From Thermomicrobiales bacterium (GTDB lineage: Bacteria; Chloroflexota; Chloroflexia; Thermomicrobiales; UBA6265), in contig JAPXRQ010000003.1 in NCBI GenBank assembly GCA_033813515.1, positions 1 to 44,382 of the forward strand: 44,382 nucleotides of DNA, given 5' to 3'. The stretch's first letter is position 1. Each line of letters starts with the position of its first letter. The notes beneath the pieces are model-generated. The model had not been told where the DNA came from. It saw nothing but the letters and a program-made list of their open reading frames with translations, and ran no database searches. Both the position numbers and the translations under genes were made by a program. This document shows positions 41,053 to 44,382 of the stretch, in pieces.

Positions 41053-41099
41053 GGTTACAGAATTGTCAACACGCCCCGACCCAAAGGAGGTCGATCCGG

Positions 41100-41732
41100 G
41101 TGACAACCCAACCAGATTCCTGGCACCTCGAAGAGGGCCACCTCGCAATCGATTTCATCAATACCGCCTATCTCCAGGTCGATCAGTCCGATCACTGGGG
41201 CTACCGAACGGTGGAGGAGAGCCTGCACGCACTCTCCGATCTGGCTGCCTGGGCCGACCAGCGCGGCATCCTCTCGCCCACCCTCGCGGAATCGCTACGA
41301 ACCAACTCCAACCAAACCGATCCGCACCTCTCCGAACTGATTACCCTCCGCGAATCCATGCGCCGCATCTTCCGCGCCCACATTGGCAGCGGCCCAGACG
41401 CCAGCACCATGCTCACCGAGATCAATCAGCGGCTCCTGCCATCCCTGGAAGGCACAGTCCTCAGACCATCGGAAACCGGATTCGTTCCTGATCGGGTAAC
41501 TGCCAAAACCTCCTCCGCGCAGGAAGCAATCAACCAGATCACCTGGGCCATCGCGCTCTCCACCGAAGCCCTCCTGACCGATCCCAAAGAGCTCGCCCTG
41601 ATCAAGGAATGCCCCGCTGAGGACTGCGGCTACCTCTTCCGCGATTCCTCCCGCGGACGCCGGCGTTGGTGCAGCATGGCCACCTGCGGTAACCGGGCCA
41701 AGGTCCACCGCTTCCGCGAAAAGACGGCCTGA
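41100..41732 (+). CDS. CGNR zinc-finger (ABATE domain) protein
   Basis: 210 aa. GTG start 9 nt after AAAGGAGG. The C-terminal CPAEDCGYLFRDSSRGRRRWCSMATCGNRAKVHRFR is the CGNR zinc-finger signature. Confidence 0.85.
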   Translation: MTTQPDSWHLEEGHLAIDFINTAYLQVDQSDHWGYRTVEESLHALSDLAAWADQRGILSPTLAESLRTNSNQTDPHLSELITLRESMRRIFRAHIGSGPDASTMLTEINQRLLPSLEGTVLRPSETGFVPDRVTAKTSSAQEAINQITWAIALSTEALLTDPKELALIKECPAEDCGYLFRDSSRGRRRWCSMATCGNRAKVHRFREKTA

Positions 41733-41840
41733 GGCGTAACCACCACCTGCCCACCGACGACTGACCGACAACCATCAGCCAACAGAAGAGCCGGAGGATT
41801 GCTCCCCCGGCTCTTCTCATTCGTGTTCTGTGATCGATCC

Positions 41841-44382
41841 CTACGGCTCCGCGACGTTCACCATCACGATGTCCGAGTGACCGCACTCGCACTGGATTCC
41901 GTTATAGGTCACCGGTCCGCTCGGCGGGCTGTACCCGTCGTTCGTGCCCGGATACTCCGTCACCGTGATCGAGCTGGTCGCCAGGCCGATCCGAACCTGA
42001 ACCGTACCGTTGGCCGTGGTCTGAACACCGGTGATCGGCGTCATGCCCGGACCATTGATATCGAAGGTCACCCCGGCCGGCGCCATGGTGCAGCCCGGCG
42101 GCAGGATTCCGGCCACGATATCGCCCGTATTGATGGTCTCTGGCGCGGTCTCGCAGTTGATCTTGTAGATCTTGACATCCGTGCCTGGCGGCGGGGTGTC
42201 ATCCAGCGTATTGACGATCGTCACCTCACCGTAGCCACCAGCCGGAACTTCCACGTCATAGGTCGTGTCGTCGCCGATGTAGCCAGCCGGAGCCTGCGCC
42301 TCGGTCACGTGGTACGTGCCCGGGATCAGGTGGACCAGGTAGGTCTCGCCCAGGGTTGGGTTGTTATCTTCCCAGCCCGGTCCGGCACCCGTGTCCTGAT
42401 CGCAGATCCAGTTGTCGTAATCCAGCGGGCCGGTGATGGAGAAGCAGGCATCCGCCAGCAGCACTCCGAAGTCATCGACCTTGTGAATCCGCAACTGTCC
42501 GTAGAGCGAGTTCTGGATCACGATCTCGGCCGCATTTCCGCCAGCCGTCACGTTCACCTGGTAGACCGACAGGCTGATCGCGTACCCGGACGGAGCCGTG
42601 TTCTCGACGATCGTGTAGATGCCTGGCTCCAACCCGTCCATGCGCAGCTCGCCATCGGACGGATTGTCATCGTTCGCTCCGTTGTCACAGAGGTTCCCGC
42701 TGAAGCCAGGTCCAGTCACGGTGAAGCAGGCGCCCGCAAGCGGAGCATTGTCGTCGTCGACCTTGTGGATCAGGAGCGAGCCGGAGGTCGTCTGATTGAC
42801 GATTGTCACCTCGGCCAGCACCGCATCCAGCGGGAAGACGTAGAGCGTGTAGATCTGCGGGTCCATGTTGTAGCCAGCCGGAGCCGAAGACTCCTGGACG
42901 GTGTACTCACCCGGGCGCAGATTGTTCAGCCGCAGCTCGCCATACGAGTTGTTGGCATCACCACTCTGGTTATCGCAGAGCGTTCCGCTGTAGCCAGGTC
43001 CATCGACCGCGAAGCATGCGCCACCCAGCGGATCCTGCTCGCCGTCCACCTTGTGGATGCGCAGGCTTCCCTTCTTGATGACATTGTCGATCGTGATCGC
43101 CACCGCGCCCTGATCGCCAGGAGTCACGACAACGCTGTAGATCGTCGAGTCGAGGTTGTAATCGCTCGGTGCCGCTGTCTCCTGGACCGAGTAGGTCGCC
43201 GGGACAAGATTGTTGATCGCGATCACACCAGGCTGTGATTCAGAGTCGCCAGCCGCACCATCACAGACCGTGGTCGTGAAGCCGCTGCGGAAGACCTTGA
43301 AGCAGGAACCATCCAGGTAATCGTGCGTCTCCGAATCCTTCTTGTGGATGCGCAGGCGGCCCGGCACCGGCGTCGGCGTGTTGGTCGCCGTCGGGGTGAA
43401 GGTCTTGGTTGGCGTGTTCGTCGGCGTGAAGGTCTTGGTCGGTGTGCTCGTCGGCGTGAAGGTCGACGTGGCAGCAACCGTGTTGGTCGGGGTGGCGGTC
43501 GGCGCCGGGATGCAGAGTGCATCGGCCGAAGCTGTACCACCATCCGAGTAGATCGCACGGACACCCAGGCGGCTGTATCCACCGGTGAACTGCTGCAGGT
43601 ACCGATCATTGGTCGACGCAGGCTGGCTACCGGCCGGAAGTGGTGTCTCCGTATCCAGGCCATACAGCGTGTAGATCATCGTCGGGAAGCCCATTTCACG
43701 GTCGACCGCGAACACACCCACGGTGCGGATATCCGGGTTACCGGTGTTGATCGAGCAGCTGATGATCAAGGTGAACTCAGGCAGGCTCGGCGTCGCGGTG
43801 TAGGTCGCCGTCGGCGGAACCGGCGTGTTGCTCGGCGTGAAGGTCTTCGTCGGCGTGTTCGTCGGCGTGAAGGTCTTCGTCGGTGTGTTGCTCGGCGTGA
43901 AGGTCTTCGTTGGAGTGAACGTCGCCGTCGGCGGGACCGGGGTGTTGGTCTTGGTCGGCGTGTTACTCGGCGTGAAGGTATTCGTCGGCAACGGGGTATT
44001 CGTCTTCGTCGGCGTGTTGCTCGGCGTGAAGGTCTTCGTTGGCGTGCTTGTCGGTGGCCGCGGAGTTGCCGTCTTGGTTGGCGTCCTGGTCGCGGTCTTC
44101 GTCGGTGTAGCTGTCGGCGGCCGCGGAGTCGCCGTGTTGGTCTTCGTCGGCGTGTTGCTCGGCGTGAAGGTCTTCGTCGGCGTGTTGGTTGGCGGCGCCG
44201 GGGTGAAGGTCTTCGTCGCGGTGAACGTGGCCGTCGGCAACGGGGTATTCGTCTTTGTCGGCGTGTTGCTCGGCGTGAAGGTCTTCGTTGGAGTGAACGT
44301 CGCCGTCGGCGGGACCGGAGTATTGGTCTTGGTCGGCGTGTTGCTCGGCGTAAACGTGCTCGTCGGCAACGGGGTGTTGGTC
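41841..44382 (-). CDS. Surface protein with Thr/Pro-rich tandem repeats and about 5 SpaA/prealbumin-like (Cna-B-type) domains; N-terminus outside window
   Basis: The frame is open to the window end. The N-terminal part is [17 protein letters not shown] repeats. The C-terminal part has repeated G(S/R)L(R/L)IHKVD...G(A)CF...LxPGxYTVxExxAPxGY modules. No LPxTG at the C-terminus. Confidence 0.8.
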   Translation of the reverse strand, partial: TNTPLPTSTFTPSNTPTKTNTPVPPTATFTPTKTFTPSNTPTKTNTPLPTATFTATKTFTPAPPTNTPTKTFTPSNTPTKTNTATPRPPTATPTKTATRTPTKTATPRPPTSTPTKTFTPSNTPTKTNTPLPTNTFTPSNTPTKTNTPVPPTATFTPTKTFTPSNTPTKTFTPTNTPTKTFTPSNTPVPPTATYTATPSLPEFTLIISCSINTGNPDIRTVGVFAVDREMGFPTMIYTLYGLDTETPLPAGSQPASTNDRYLQQFTGGYSRLGVRAIYSDGGTASADALCIPAPTATPTNTVAATSTFTPTSTPTKTFTPTNTPTKTFTPTATNTPTPVPGRLRIHKKDSETHDYLDGSCFKVFRSGFTTTVCDGAAGDSESQPGVIAINNLVPATYSVQETAAPSDYNLDSTIYSVVVTPGDQGAVAITIDNVIKKGSLRIHKVDGEQDPLGGACFAVDGPGYSGTLCDNQSGDANNSYGELRLNNLRPGEYTVQESSAPAGYNMDPQIYTLYVFPLDAVLAEVTIVNQTTSGSLLIHKVDDDNAPLAGACFTVTGPGFSGNLCDNGANDDNPSDGELRMDGLEPGIYTIVENTAPSGYAISLSVYQVNVTAGGNAAEIVIQNSLYGQLRIHKVDDFGVLLADACFSITGPLDYDNWICDQDTGAGPGWEDNNPTLGETYLVHLIPGTYHVTEAQAPAGYIGDDTTYDVEVPAGGYGEVTIVNTLDDTPPPGTDVKIYKINCETAPETINTGDIVAGILPPGCTMAPAGVTFDINGPGMTPITGVQTTANGTVQVRIGLATSSITVTEYPGTNDGYSPPSGPVTYNGIQCECGHSDIVMVNVAEP

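Overview
High-GC bacterial chromosomal segment: spot counts of 60-nt lines give about 62-65% GC. The only exception is one roughly 3.2 kb lower-GC islet. No rRNA, tRNA or CRISPR array was recognised. LPNTG sorting signals and twin-arginine-type leaders suggest a Chloroflexota/Thermomicrobia-like monoderm, but this is inference only. Housekeeping and accessory genes include an M24 peptidase, a GNAT acetyltransferase and a molybdate-related cluster (secreted Mo-oxidoreductase-like protein, ModA-like ORF, Mop, ModA). Others are RhaM, a MoCF-binding protein, an SDR, a GH38 alpha-mannosidase, PepE plus a P-loop kinase, and a CGNR zinc-finger protein. The dominant theme is an envelope/surface island. 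It holds four paralogous ECF sigma genes, each translationally coupled to a membrane-anchored PQQ-like beta-propeller protein; two of these carry a doubled ectodomain. It also holds two Sec-signal RTX-like calcium-repeat proteins and five HYR-domain LPNTG proteins (four in tandem). A tandem cystine-framework LPNTG protein has its sorting signal interrupted by an in-frame TAG. An XRE/P-loop regulator and a SpaA-domain Thr/Pro-repeat protein complete the island. Structure not explained by genes: (1) an approximately 245-bp noncoding repeat directly 3' of both double-propeller genes, far better conserved than the genes themselves; (2) period-7 tandem arrays filling the space between stop codons and terminator hairpins at about 10 sites; (3) a lower-GC islet flanked by 54-bp direct repeats that duplicate the 3' end of the host gene, carrying one 995-aa ORF with an Mrr-like nuclease motif plus helical repeats. 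All functional calls come from motif recognition by eye; no database search was run.
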